The position numbers and the translations under genes are program-made. A model generated the notes under the pieces. The model made no database searches, had not been told where the DNA came from, and worked only from the letters and a program-made list of their open reading frames with translations. Of a stretch of DNA of 64,000 nucleotides, positions 12,107-23,910 are shown piece by piece (positions within the stretch are counted from its first letter, which is position 1; the number at the start of each line of letters is the position of its first letter). This DNA comes from Eledone cirrhosa (lineage: Eukaryota): assembly GCA_964016885.1 (NCBI GenBank), contig OZ024743.1, positions 311,798,001 to 311,862,000 on the forward strand, given 5' to 3'.

Positions 12107-12613
12107 TAAATATCTTTAAGTCGTTTGGAAGCCTCGACAATGCAAATGGGTAAATCTCTGGGTAACAAGGTCCGGTGGTGGAGAGAGAGATGTAAGTGGG
12201 TGTACGTTGAGATGCGTGGTGTGTATAAGATGTGTGAGATGTGTAGAATGAAGGGAAGAGTATAAAGGATAAAAATAACAACACAAGAGAGAGTTACCTT
12301 GGGAGAGATTTAATAGTCTCTATATATTTCGGATTCACATCCATCAACTGGGGTTTTTTTCCGCGGTGGGGGAAAAGGTTGTCTGTCGGACAAGTCCGGA
12401 ACGCGTCTTTCGCTGTTTGTTGTTTTGAATATCTGAGGTATTCGGCAGAGCGCGCGTGCGCGTGAAATGGGGTCGGTAGTACAGAGGTCAGCGGCCGAAT
12501 GAGGGAGTGGGATGGCGCTAGCTCTCAGTCTATTCTCTGCCTGTTTGTTAAATGTTACTCTGTGTGTGTGTGTGTGTGTGCGTGTGTTGTGTGTTGTTGC
12601 ATCGCTTGTTAAC

Positions 12614-13970
12614 TTAAACCAGCCATTTCATTTCGCTTCTCTCTGATCGGTTGTTTATTTGCGGTTGCAGTCGTTTGATAAAAAGCGCTTCCTTGATACG
12701 TAACGTGACGACGTTTCTTTCAGTCGCTAGAATTGTGACATTGGGCCTTCCGTCTTTGTTTCCGCATTTGTCTATGTGTTTCCGGAAAGACGAGGCCCTG
12801 GTTTTAGTGTGTTCCTTGATCCGGATGTGCAAAGGTCGAATTGTGCTACCTATGTAGTATTGGTTGCACCTGTCACATTCTATCTTATACACGACGTATG
12901 TGCGTAGGCAACAGTTAGCATGGCGTATCGGGCAGTCTCTGAGGGAGCATGCGTCAGTAGATTTTTCGGGTTTCCTGGAGAGGCATCTTCGCAGGGAGGG
13001 GCCCGAGAGGGCCAGGTGGATGTCGAGGCCCTCCCTCCGTATAGCCTTGCGGATAGCGTTGGTGGTTTTCTCGCCCAGGTGTGGCATTTTAAGGAAGCAC
13101 TTGCCTTGGGTGCTTCTCTGTCTCTTGCGTCTGGTGTCTCCTATTCTGTCTGTGATCGAGGTAGGGTACCCGTTCGTCTCCAGCACCTCGAGGAATCGCT
13201 TGGTATGAGTGACACCACTCGCGGGATCGCTGCATCTGTTTTTGATTCGCGCGATCTCGTTCGTGATGTATCCTCTTTTGGCACTGTTAGGGAGGGCGGA
13301 CTTGTAGTGAACGAATAGGTCCCTGCAGGCTGCCTTTCTGTAGAAGTTGCAGTGGATCCCTCCTTGTTTCGTGATGTTGATTTGGAAGTCGAGGAGGGCA
13401 AGTGACCCGTCTTCGTTGGGGTGTTCAACACTGAAGTCAATGTTCTCGTCCGTGTTGTTGAACGTCTCATAGATTCTGTTCGCCGTGTCTTGGGAAGATG
13501 TGAGGATGAGGATATCGTCCACGTATCTTGAGAAAAAGGCTACGGCGTTGGGGTGGCAGGCGTTGAGTGCCTTGCGTTCGAGGTTGTCCATGTAGGAGAT
13601 CGCTAGCACACCTGATAGGCTTGATCCCATGGGCAATCCCGAGGTTTGTTGGTATATTTGGTCAAGGAATCCGAAGTAGGTGTTTTCGACGACGATGGAT
13701 AGGAGTTTGTGGATGTCAGTGGTGGTGAGCCCGAAGCAGTGTAGGTCGGTGGTTTGGACGCGTTCCATCAGTATATTGACGGCCGGGAGTGCCGGGACCG
13801 AGGTGTAGAGAGCGACTACATCAAGGCTGAAGGCATATCTGTTATTCCTTCTGGTGTCGGGATCCATTTGATGCAGGCGCTTCAACACCTCCTCGGAGCT
13901 GTTAACGTGTCCCGGCAAGGTGTCTAAGATGGGTTTGAGTATTCTGGCTAGGAGCCATGAAATTTTGTAC
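12614..13970 (-). CDS. PLE reverse transcriptase (5'-truncated) plus thumb, Cys linker and C-terminal GIY-YIG endonuclease; uninterrupted frame
   Basis: FSLDVVALYTSVP, QTSGLPMGSSLS, FSRYVDD, LLDFQI, and VVYKIECDRCNQYYIGSTIRPLHIRIKEH ... KEALFI..LQPQIN. The first about 135 aa of the 589-aa track ORF are antisense of the right arm. Confidence 0.92.
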
Positions 13971-13978
13971 AAAATTTC

Positions 13979-14689
13979 ATGGCTCCTAACAGCTCCGAGG
14001 AGGTGTTGAAGCGCCTGCATCAAAAAAGAGGATACATCACGAACGAGATCGCGCGAATCAAAAACAGATGCAGCGATCCCGCGAGTGGTGTCACTCATAC
14101 CAAGCGATTCCTCGAGGTGCTGGAGACGAACGGGTACCCTACCTCGATCACAGACAGAATAGGAGACACCAGACGCAAGAGACAGAGAAGCACCCAAGGC
14201 AAGTGCTTCCTTAAAATGCCACACCTGGGCGAGAAAACCACCAACGCTATCCGCAAGGCTATACGGAGGGAGGGCCTCGACATCCACCTGGCCCTCTCGG
14301 GCCCCTCCCTGCGAAGATGCCTCTCCAGGAAACCCGAAAAATCTACTGACGCATGCTCCCTCAGAGACTGCCCGATACGCCATGCTAACTGTTGCCTACG
14401 CACATACGTCGTGTATAAGATAGAATGTGACAGGTGCAACCAATACTACATAGGTAGCACAATTCGACCTTTGCACATCCGGATCAAGGAACACACTAAA
14501 ACCAGGGCCTCGTCTTTCCGGAAACACATAGACAAATGCGGAAACAAAGACGGAAGGCCCAATGTCACAATTCTAGCGACTGAAAGAAACGTCGGCACGT
14601 TACGTATCAAGGAAGCGCTTTTTATCAAACGACTGCAACCGCAAATAAACAACCGATCAGAGAGAAGCGAAATGAAATGGCTGGTTTAA
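13979..14689 (+). CDS. RT-deleted PLE ORF (thumb, linker and GIY-YIG, 236 aa) in the inverted arm
   Basis: Same C-terminus as 12614-13970. Produced by two deletions (46 nt and about 588 nt) relative to the left arm. Confidence 0.6.
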   Translation: MAPNSSEEVLKRLHQKRGYITNEIARIKNRCSDPASGVTHTKRFLEVLETNGYPTSITDRIGDTRRKRQRSTQGKCFLKMPHLGEKTTNAIRKAIRREGLDIHLALSGPSLRRCLSRKPEKSTDACSLRDCPIRHANCCLRTYVVYKIECDRCNQYYIGSTIRPLHIRIKEHTKTRASSFRKHIDKCGNKDGRPNVTILATERNVGTLRIKEALFIKRLQPQINNRSERSEMKWLV

Positions 14690-15412
14690 GTTAACAAGCG
14701 ATGCAACAACACACAACACACGCACACACACACACACACACGCAAACGAGACAACTACACACACACACACGCACACACACACAGTAGCATTCCACCATAC
14801 GAACATACTACACTGCCAATACAGATGAACAAGGCAACAACACACACACACACACACACACACTCAAGCGAGACAACAACACACGCACACACACACACAG
14901 TAACATTTAACAAACAGGCAGAGAATGGACTGACAGCTAGCGCCATCCCACTCCCTCATTCGGCCGCTGACCTCTGTACGACCGACCCGATTTCACGCGC
15001 ACGCGCGCTCTGCCGAATACCTCAGATATTCAAAACAACAAACAGCGAAAGACGCGTTCCGGACTTGTCCGACAGACAACCTTTTCCCCCACCCCGGAAA
15101 AAAACCCCAGTTGATGGATGTGAATCCGAAATATATAGGGACTATTAAATCTCTCCCAAGGTAACTCTCTCTTGTGTTGTTATTTTTATTTTTATCCTTT
15201 ATACTCTTCCCTTCATTCTACACATCTCACACATCTTATACACACCACGCATCTCAACGTACACCCACTTACATCTCTCTCTCCACCACCGGACCTTGTT
15301 ACCCAGAGATTTACCCATTTGCATTGTCGAGGCTTCCAAACGACTTAAAGATATTTACTTATTGTTCCACAATGCTTCAAGCAAACTTCAATACTCTCAT
15401 ATATATATATAT

Positions 15413-17029
15413 TATATCATAAAACATGTCTTTAGAATCACAAGATAAAATATATACCATTTCCTCTCCCAATTAGCATAATTAACTATATAAAAAATCG
15501 AATAGACCAGGCTATAAGAATGAGGCTTCTATGAAGAAATCTCCAACAAATAACCGAAATTAGCCCTTAGCGTCGGCCACAACGGAATATTTATCGAATA
15601 TTTCGACAGCGTAATCGCCCAGATACAGTCAACTAAACAGAATTAGGTATAAAATAAACTAGGAGAAAATAGAATACATTTAAATACCTCTACCATGGTT
15701 TCATCCGCATTTTGAGCTTTCCAATAATTATGTAATAATTATATAAACTCGAGCACCGGATTCATCAAGAGATTTGCCCTTATCTAGACACTAAATTTTC
15801 CAAAGTGATCGCGCCAAGAATTCATTCAAAATGGCCAAGGATCGTGACGTAGTCGTGGTCAGGTTCGAAGGGTGTGGTAGTTGCTTACGACTGGTGGCAT
15901 TTTTGCTAGAAAGCACAGCACAATACAGCCAAATTTGTATCTCAACCTAATGGGAGATTATTACATATAAAAGTTTACATATATATACATATACGTGTTT
16001 TGCAACGGGTCACTTTGTGGCTCAATGAAAAATTAATAAATTAAATAATCAGAGCTATATATCATAAAACATGTCTATAGAATCACAAGATAAAATATAT
16101 ACCATTTCCTCTCCCAATTAGCATAATTAACTATATAAAAAATCGAATAGACCAGGCTATAAGAATGAGGCTTCTATGAAGAAATCTCCAACAAATAACC
16201 GAAATTAGCCCTTCGCGTCGGCCACAACGGAATATTTATCGAATATTTCGACAGCGTAATCGCCCAGATACAGTCAACTCAACAGAATTAGGTGTAAAAT
16301 AAACTAGGAGAAAATAGAATGCATTTAAATACCTCTACCATGGTTTCATCCGCATTTTGAGCTTTCCAATAATTATGTAATAATTATATAAACTCGAGCA
16401 CCGGATTCATCAGGAGATTTGCGCTTATCTAGACACTAAATTTTCCAAAGTGATCGCGCCAAGAATTCATTCAAAATGGCCAAGGATCGTGACGTAGTAG
16501 CGGTCAGGTTCGAAGGGGTGTGGTAGTTGCTTACGACTGGTGGCATTTTTGCTAGAAAGCACAGCACAATACAGCCAAATTTGTATCTCAACCTAATGGG
16601 AGATTATTACATATAAAAGTTTACATATATATATATACATATATATACATATACGTGTTTTGCAACAGGTCACTTTGTGGCTCAATGAAAAATTAATAAA
16701 TTAAACAATCAGAGCTATATATCATAAAACATGTCTATAGAATCACAAGATAAAATATATACCATTTCCTCTCCCAATTAGCATAATTAACTATATAAAA
16801 AATCGAATAGACCAGGCTATAAGAATGAGGCTTCTATGAAGAAATCTTCAACAAATAACCGAAACTAACCCTTCGCGTCGGCCGCAACGGAATATTTATC
16901 GAATATTTCGACAGCGTAATCGCCCAGATACAGTCAACTAAACAGAATTAGGTGTAAAATAAACTAGGAGAAAATAGAATACATTTAAATACCTCTACCA
17001 TGGTTTCATCCGCATTTTGAGCTTTCCAA

Positions 17030-17035
<6 letters not shown>
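15413..17035 (-). repeat. Tandem 645-660-bp units (about 2.5 copies) with one HHR per unit, flanked by (TA)n
   Basis: tatcataaaacatgtc recurs at about 15415, 16059 and 16719, with few substitutions between copies. Confidence 0.92.
16331..16418 (-). ncRNA. Type I hammerhead ribozyme with long stem II (650-bp family); copy at 15686-15773 has core TTGATGA; copy at 16991 is truncated by (TA)n
   Basis: ATCTC-CTGATGA-ATCCG..GAGTTT..ATAATTAT(TAC)ATAATTAT..AAGCTC..CGGAT-GAAA-CC(AT)GG-TA^-GAGGT. Confidence 0.87.
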
Positions 17036-17084
<49 letters not shown>

Positions 17085-17187
17085 TGGCTCAATGAAAAAT
17101 TAATAAATTATTATATATTATAAATTATTAGATATTATATATATATATATTATATATATATATATATTATATTATATTATATTATAT

Positions 17188-17246
<59 letters not shown>

Positions 17247-17284
17247 ATTATATTATATTACATATATATATATATTATATTATA

Positions 17285-17320
<36 letters not shown>

Positions 17321-17321
<1 letters not shown>

Positions 17322-18186
17322 TATGTCTCATATAAAATAATACAACTGGCTATCCGCAAAATACGTATAGTTAGCACCCCAAACGTATAATTGGGATTAT
17401 ACTAAGGTATATCCTAATGTTTGTTGAGTGAGACGGAAGCCGGTCGGAGTATTGCTTAAAGCTTTTTCTGTTATTGTATTAAATATTATAATCTTGATTT
17501 GGCCAGGGATGAATATTTCCAGATACTTTTTAGGTGTGAATTTCCGTATTTATTCTTTGTATGAAATATTGATTGTTCTTCCGGTATCTTATCTCTGGTT
17601 TTAGCCTAAGAAAATACCTATATGCGTGTATAAATAATACATGCATATATTTATTTTTTTATATCCAATTGAGTTCTTCACGCATGGTTAAAATTATTGA
17701 AAGAATTAATTGACCCGCGTGCATATTATTTTATTTTTTTATGTTTTGCGATGACCTCCCCTTTCCGCTTGATGGCAGTGTGAGATTTCTCATTGTGAGA
17801 CTGCTGGAATTTCAAATTTGGCGGTCATTCTAGCACGGAGGGGTACCATCGCTGAACATTAATATCGGTAAGGTTTTTTTTATCGATATTTGTCGGGCAT
17901 CCACTGATGATTTATAAGTGCCCACCTACATATATTCCTACGGACTATGTGTAGGCTTCTACATAACCTGGACATTATTTTCCCAATTTGTTATAATGAA
18001 ACGATCGTTTGGAAAGAGAGATGTATTTTAATTATGTCTCATATAAATAATACAACTGGCTATCCGCAAAATACCTATAGTTAGCACCCCAAACGTATAA
18101 TTGGGATTATACTAAGATATATCCTAATGTTTGTTGAGTGAGACGGAAGCCGGTCGGAGTATTGCTTAAAGCTTTCTCTGTTATTG

Positions 18187-18190
<4 letters not shown>
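17321..18190 (+). repeat. About 710-bp unit plus about 160-bp tandem tail, HHR-bearing, TA-flanked; 3' fragment at 57440-57708
   Basis: ttatgtctcatataaa(a)taatacaactggc at 17321 and 18032. Confidence 0.88.
17900..18013 (+). ncRNA. Type I hammerhead with about 75-nt insertion in stem II (710-bp family)
   Basis: TCCA-CTGATGA-tTTATAA[...cctacatata/tatgtgtagg hairpin...]TTATAAt-GAAA-CG(AT)CG-TT^-TGGA. Confidence 0.75.
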
Positions 18191-18271
<81 letters not shown>

Positions 18272-18282
18272 CATTAAAGGAC

Positions 18283-20340
18283 TGTAGCAAGAGTTGCCTC
18301 CCTTATTGTGACGATCACATCACCAGTAGAGTAACGCTCTCTAGACATGAAGTAGCTGGAGTTACTTCCCGTTGTGGTTGCACTTCCGTCCTTGGACCCT
18401 ATAAAAGGGATAGCTCAGGGCGATCTCACTCTCATTTACCCTTTCGGCCAGGCGCGTTCGCCGAGGCTCTACTATCTGGCAACCCTAACATGGTCTCTTG
18501 CGAGCTCACTTTAAAACGGTAACAAATAACTTTACTTCATTCTTTCATCTACTCATGGACAGACATGTCAACTATACTATTCTACATAACTTCAACTTGT
18601 TAATTAAACTTTATACACACAACTGAGTCTCCTGTTACATTCATACAACCCAGTATTCTGTTATAAGTGGTGACCCCGAAAAAAGAAAAAAATGATATGA
18701 TCTGGTGTTGTGTGGATATATCATTTTCGTTGAAATGTGTGGACCAACATTTCGAATACGCAGCAAACTTTATTAACAAACTAGGAAAAATACGCAGACA
18801 CAGAAACGAACACACGCACATGTGAAATTCTCGTTCAGACAGACTCTTTTTCTACATGAACATTTATTTTTGCTGAATCTCAACTATTGCTTATTCTTTC
18901 CACCAAGCTTTTTTCATCGTTCACAAAAAATTGAACTTGCCCTATTTGTTATACCAAGTGAAGCCTTTCTTTTTTTTTTCATCATATTATCACGTTCACA
19001 CACAAATTTTTCAAAATAGCTGCCAACGACCTGTTGCACTATCATTTTCGCGCCATTTTCTCGCGCAATAGAAATATTTTTTTTTTTTCAACTTGACTTT
19101 AACCTTGTTTCGGCACGTGTGGGGAGCACACATCTCGACTCACTGAGATAACACACGCCATAGATAATGTTTCTTGCCAAGGATTCTCCAGCCTTAAGCT
19201 ATATTCTCCTATTTGCCGGTTTAAAAATTTACCACGTAAATTTGCCGTTGAAAACTGCGCATTTATTCAGAATGCTTATTTCTTTGGTCGCTAGCCTCTT
19301 GACCCTTCCAGGTCAACGCATTCTCAACATCGACCATCAACTTTGGCTGTTATTTGTAGCACTTTGCGCAACTCATTTTTTCTGGGAAAATTTTTACTGT
19401 GAACGGAAACAACATCGAATAGCCTCACTCCGCGAGACAACAACATCAACAACCAAAACCAGCAGAACAAAACAGAGAATTTATTTTTGCAGCACTCTTC
19501 CTGTGAGAAAATCCCACCGAATTTCACGTTGTACCACAGTCTACAGACCACCTGCATACATTATTCTCTAGAGGACACACTTTCTTTCCTGCTGTCATAT
19601 GATTGCACACCTGTGAACTTTATTTTTGAACATTTGAATTTTTTTCTTTAATAACTGCGTTCGAGCACGTTTCTTTGCTCCTTTGACCTCTTCTTTTAGT
19701 TTGCTTACATTGTATCTTTGAGTGATGGATAGATAGATGTCCAGTCGTTCTCTGGCCAAGAGCGGTTGGCTACCTTGACATCTATCATTCATTTTTGCAT
19801 GCTTATATTTTGCTGTTTTGCTTTTATTGCAAGCATTATTTTTTCCGTAATTTTCATGCCTGGACTTTGGTGTTACAACATGCTCGCCATCTTACTTCAT
19901 ACATGGTTCATTCGGTTTTTATGTTTTAAAAATCTGGTGGGAGGTAATGTAGTAAGAGTTGCCTCCTTTGTTGTGACGATCACATCACCAGTAGAGTAAC
20001 GCCCTCTAGACAGGAAGTAGCTGGAGTTACTTCCCGTTGTGGTTGAACTTCCGTCCTGGGACCCTATAAAAGGGATAGCTCAGGGCGATCTCACTCTCGT
20101 TTGCCCTTTCGGCTACTGGGCTTCGGCCAGGCGCGTTCGCCGATGCTCTACTCTCTGGCAACTCTAACATGGTCTCTTACGAGCTCACTTCAAAACGGTA
20201 ACAAATAACTTTACTTCTTTCTTTCATCTACCCATGGACATGTCAACTATACTATTCTACATAACTTCAACTTGTTAATTAAACCTTATACACACAACTG
20301 AGTCTCCTGTTAGATTCATACAACCCAGTATTCTGTTATA
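18283..20340 (+). mobile_element. Non-autonomous LTR element (TRIM/LARD-like, probably Gypsy-dependent): LTRs 18283-18665 and 19948-20340
   Basis: LTRs of about 390 bp start TGTAG and end GTTATA. PBS TGGTGACCCCGA at 18668-18679, PPT-like ggtgggaggtaa before the 3' LTR, 4-bp TSD GGAC, TATAAAA in the LTR, and no gag/pol ORF inside. Confidence 0.88.
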
Positions 20341-20382
20341 GGACTTTAATATCTGAAACTACTTCGCTTTTTCTTATTCTAT

Positions 20383-21620
20383 ATATATATTCAGCCAAAG
20401 AGACAGAATCAGAGTATACGAAGGAGCCACGGAGAAGTATAAGACCCTCATAGAACTGGACATGAAAGGAATTTGCCCATTATACAGGAGCAAATCATGG
20501 AATAGCTTAGATAGGGCTAGACATAAGATAGGGAAAGCCACCTCATAGTACGACAACCAGAGATACCAGAGTGTCATGTTTGTGGACGCTACCCCTGGAG
20601 GGAAATTAGCTAACTAGTGTAGAAAGGCCCTGAGAAAGACGCACTTAAAGATTAAGGTGGTAGAAAAGCCAGGAACCACCATAAAATCCCTGATCAGCAA
20701 AACCTACCCTGTTAAGAAAACCCACTGTACTAATAGGAAATGTATCATATATAAAGTAAACCCCCGGATAAACTGTAAAACTAGAAACGTAGTCTATAGC
20801 ATAAGATGTACAGAGGGTACTTGCAGAAACATGACAACAACATACATAGGCGAGACAGCTCGTAGCATAGGCGAAAGGATAGACCAACACTGGGGGGAAC
20901 TAAAAGGACGAAAAAACGGTTCAGTACTATACGAACATGCCAGACAACAACACGACGGTAACATAGACAACATAGAAATTAGAATAATATCTAAACATGG
21001 AAATGACCCAGCAGATAGGCAAATCAGAGAGGCCAGTGAAATAGAACTTAGAAGGCCAAGGCTAACAGAAAAAATGAATGGAATAACAACACACAAACAA
21101 ACAACACTGACCTAAGAGAAGTATAAATAAATAGATAAATAAATAAATACATACACAAGCACAATAACAACAAACACATATAAACACACACTAGTAAAGA
21201 TAGAATACATTAACCAATACACAGTCACCCAAACACGGACACACATCAAACAAAACACTATACACACACGCAAACGCATGCGCAAAGAAGACAAAAAAAT
21301 AAACAAATAAATAAATATCTAAACAGACTAAATAAAGATGGCGTAGACATACAATGCAACGAGAGGAAACAATAGCACCACTGACGATGTTGCAGATGTG
21401 CAACGAAAGAACTTTGATAGACTATATATATGTGTTAGTGTCTATATTGTATCTGTATTTTTGACCGTTGGTCAGTCAATGGCAACATTGAGGACCGAAT
21501 AAATTAAATTAACCGATATAAAAGACACAGAAGCGAAAAGCGAAAACCAACCAAACAGTGAGTGTGTTCTGTTATTAATTCTGGCAATATTGCACAAATA
21601 GGACCCTCCCCAAGTATAAC
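20383..21620 (+). mobile_element. 5'-truncated PLE 3' end: degenerate linker plus GIY-YIG ORF (20657-21115), AC-rich UTR, HHR, tail into (TA)n
   Basis: VMFVDATPGG, CKTRNVVYSIRC...YIGETARSIGERIDQH...LYEH...RQIREA. Stops upstream. Confidence 0.85.
21376..21419 (+). ncRNA. Hammerhead motif in PLE 3' UTR (stem I partly eroded)
   Basis: CTGACGA-T-GTTGCA(GATG)TGCAAC-GAAA-G(AA)C-TT^-tga. Same layout as the HHRs at 59996 and 63487. Confidence 0.7.
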
Positions 21621-22314
21621 TATATATATATATATATTGTAAAAGAATTCCTTACACTTAATATATATATGTCTGCATTATATGTATATCTGCGTATATA
21701 TCTGTATATATATTTGCCTATATATCTGTATGAGAATGTGATGTGCATATATACATGTGTGTGTGTGTGTATGTATATATGTGTATCTATATATATATAT
21801 ATATATGAGAATGTGATGTGCATATATACATGTGTGTGTGTGTATGTATATATGTGTATGTAATAATAATAAATGTGAAGACTGAAATCCGAAGAGGGCT
21901 CGATAAGATCCCGTTAAGGGTGAAAGCAGCGATTCTTTGCTTAAACTTTAATCTGTTATTTTAATAAATAATTAGTATATATATAACGTATCTTTACCAA
22001 AACACATCCACTACACTTGTTATTAGCTAATATGTGTGCACTCTGAACATGAAGATGCAGTTTCACTATCGCAACCTTGTTGAGTGGGTGAGTCATGGCC
22101 GAAATAATAGCATCGGTGACTTTCGTAAACCCTACATTTAGATTTGATCGTTCACCACTGGATAGAATTGGTTATTCAGTATAGTCAATCATGAAGTAAT
22201 ATTAGGAAAAGCACTCGACGTTATGCAACCCATCCATCTTTGATGGAGGTAATTATTATTGAGTTTAAATGACAGGAGGCCGTACTGGTGAAATTCCTTC
22301 AAAGATTTATTATA

Positions 22315-22380
22315 ACAAACACTATGTACATTTCAGTGACCACGTTCCGTAAGATCCTGGTGACATCATCAGGTGTTTAT
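22315..22380 (-). ncRNA. Type I hammerhead ribozyme in a solitary TA-adjacent fragment (about 22260-22500)
   Basis: ATAAACAC-CTGATGA-tGTcACCA...TGGTcACt-GAAA-TG(TA)CA-TA^-GTGTTTGT. Stem I is 8 bp and extends further. Confidence 0.82.
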
Positions 22381-22498
22381 TGCATAAATGTTTTATAATA
22401 AAGAAATAATGGTAAACAAAATCCAAGAGGCTTAAAAAAACCAGAAAACTGTTTTTGACTCGAAGGCGGCTAGAGCCAGTTGTTGTCAGTTTGGCTGA

Positions 22499-22600
<102 letters not shown>

Positions 22601-22677
22601 TTATATATTTATATATTTATATATATATATATTTATATATATATATATTTATATATATATATATTTATATATATATA

Positions 22678-22862
<185 letters not shown>

Positions 22863-23139
22863 AAATGATTGTTTCTACTATTGGCACAAGGCCAGCAATT
22901 ACCCAGTACATTACTGGTACTTTATTTTATCGACCCCGTAAGGATGAAAGGCAAAGTTAACCTCGGCGGGATAATGAAGAATAACATGGTCGGCGGTACA
23001 AAAAGGGGTTATTTACAGTATTAACAATTGTTTCATTAATCAGGTGAGTCTAAAAGCCGTTGATTTATTTACAGTTAATACTGTAAATAAACCCTTTTTG
23101 TACAGCCGACTATGTTATTCTTCATTCTTTTACTATTAT

Positions 23140-23340
23140 TACTCAAAGAACCACCTGCCTAGGAACTTTCTTAAACTGGCCACCTGACTAAGGAAACTAA
23201 GACCTGTGTCTGTCTTTAGGGCATCAATATATGTCAACCTCGGTCTCCCTCTTCTAGTTTGTCCGTGCAGGGGCTCCCACATGAGCATTGAGTGCAATGT
23301 CAACTCTGAATGTCGGTGAGCATATCCAGCTAACCTCATA
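23140..23340 (-). pseudogene. RTE-clade LINE 3' ORF fragment
   Basis: RLAGYAHRH...LMWEP...RRGRPRLTYIDALKTDTG, a typical RTE C-terminus. Confidence 0.7.
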
Positions 23341-23690
23341 TATATATAGCATTTATGTTTGGCTCTTTACCAATCGGTAGAACTGGTAATTCGGATTGGT
23401 AAACGATGATGCAATAAATTAATTAAAGCACTCAATGTTATGCAAATCATCCATCGTAGATGTGGCATCCCGTGGCTGGAGCAGAAACGGAGTTAAATAT
23501 TCATTAAAACAACAACAGAAAGCGGGAGTGGAAAACTTATTTTGAAATTTTAATTCCGCGCGCGCGCGCGTGTGTGTATGTGTATGTATATATATATATG
23601 CGTGTATGTGTAATTTAAGTATACATGTATAGTTTTATACTTTATATTTTACAAGTGTCAATTAGGTTTATCATTTATAGGTATGAGTGG

Positions 23691-23910
23691 GGCGGTGGAT
23701 TGGCAGTATCGGTAGAGCGTCGGACAACACGCTTTGTGATATATAGTTACTACTCATTACGATCTGAGTTCAAATCCTGTCGAGGATAACCTTATCTTTC
23801 ATCCTTGCGGGTTCGATAAAATTAAATACCTGTAACGTATTGGTCGATTTAGTCGACTTTCTCCCGTCTCTTCAATTTGCCTGCCTTGTGCCTATATAAG
23901 AAACAATTAT
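23691..23910 (+). mobile_element. OK-like SINE; further copies at about 22868-22970(-), 24180-24358(+), 26665-26850(+), 31505-31690(+), 32355-32474(-), 32707-32868(+), 33076-33240(-), 34366-34552(+), 34572-34740(+), 40041-40139(-), 42002-42192(-), 51430-51640(-), 51648-51870(-), 56326-56510(+)
   Basis: tggcagtatcggtagag A box, gagttcaaatccc B box, and gcctttcatcct..ggggtcgataaa central domain. Confidence 0.85.

Larger units (their letters stand above)
12104..15410. mobile_element. 5'-truncated Penelope-like element in outward-facing inverted arrangement, inserted in (TA)n
   Basis: The left arm (12104-13968, -) and right arm (13969-15361, +) are near-identical reverse complements. The palindrome centre is tttgt|acaaa at 13968/13969. 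Confidence 0.92.

Noticed and set aside
13971-14383. N-terminal about 135 aa of the 589-aa track ORF
   Set aside because: It is the antisense read-through of the inverted arm (identical to the antisense ORF 12920-13318), not real PLE protein.
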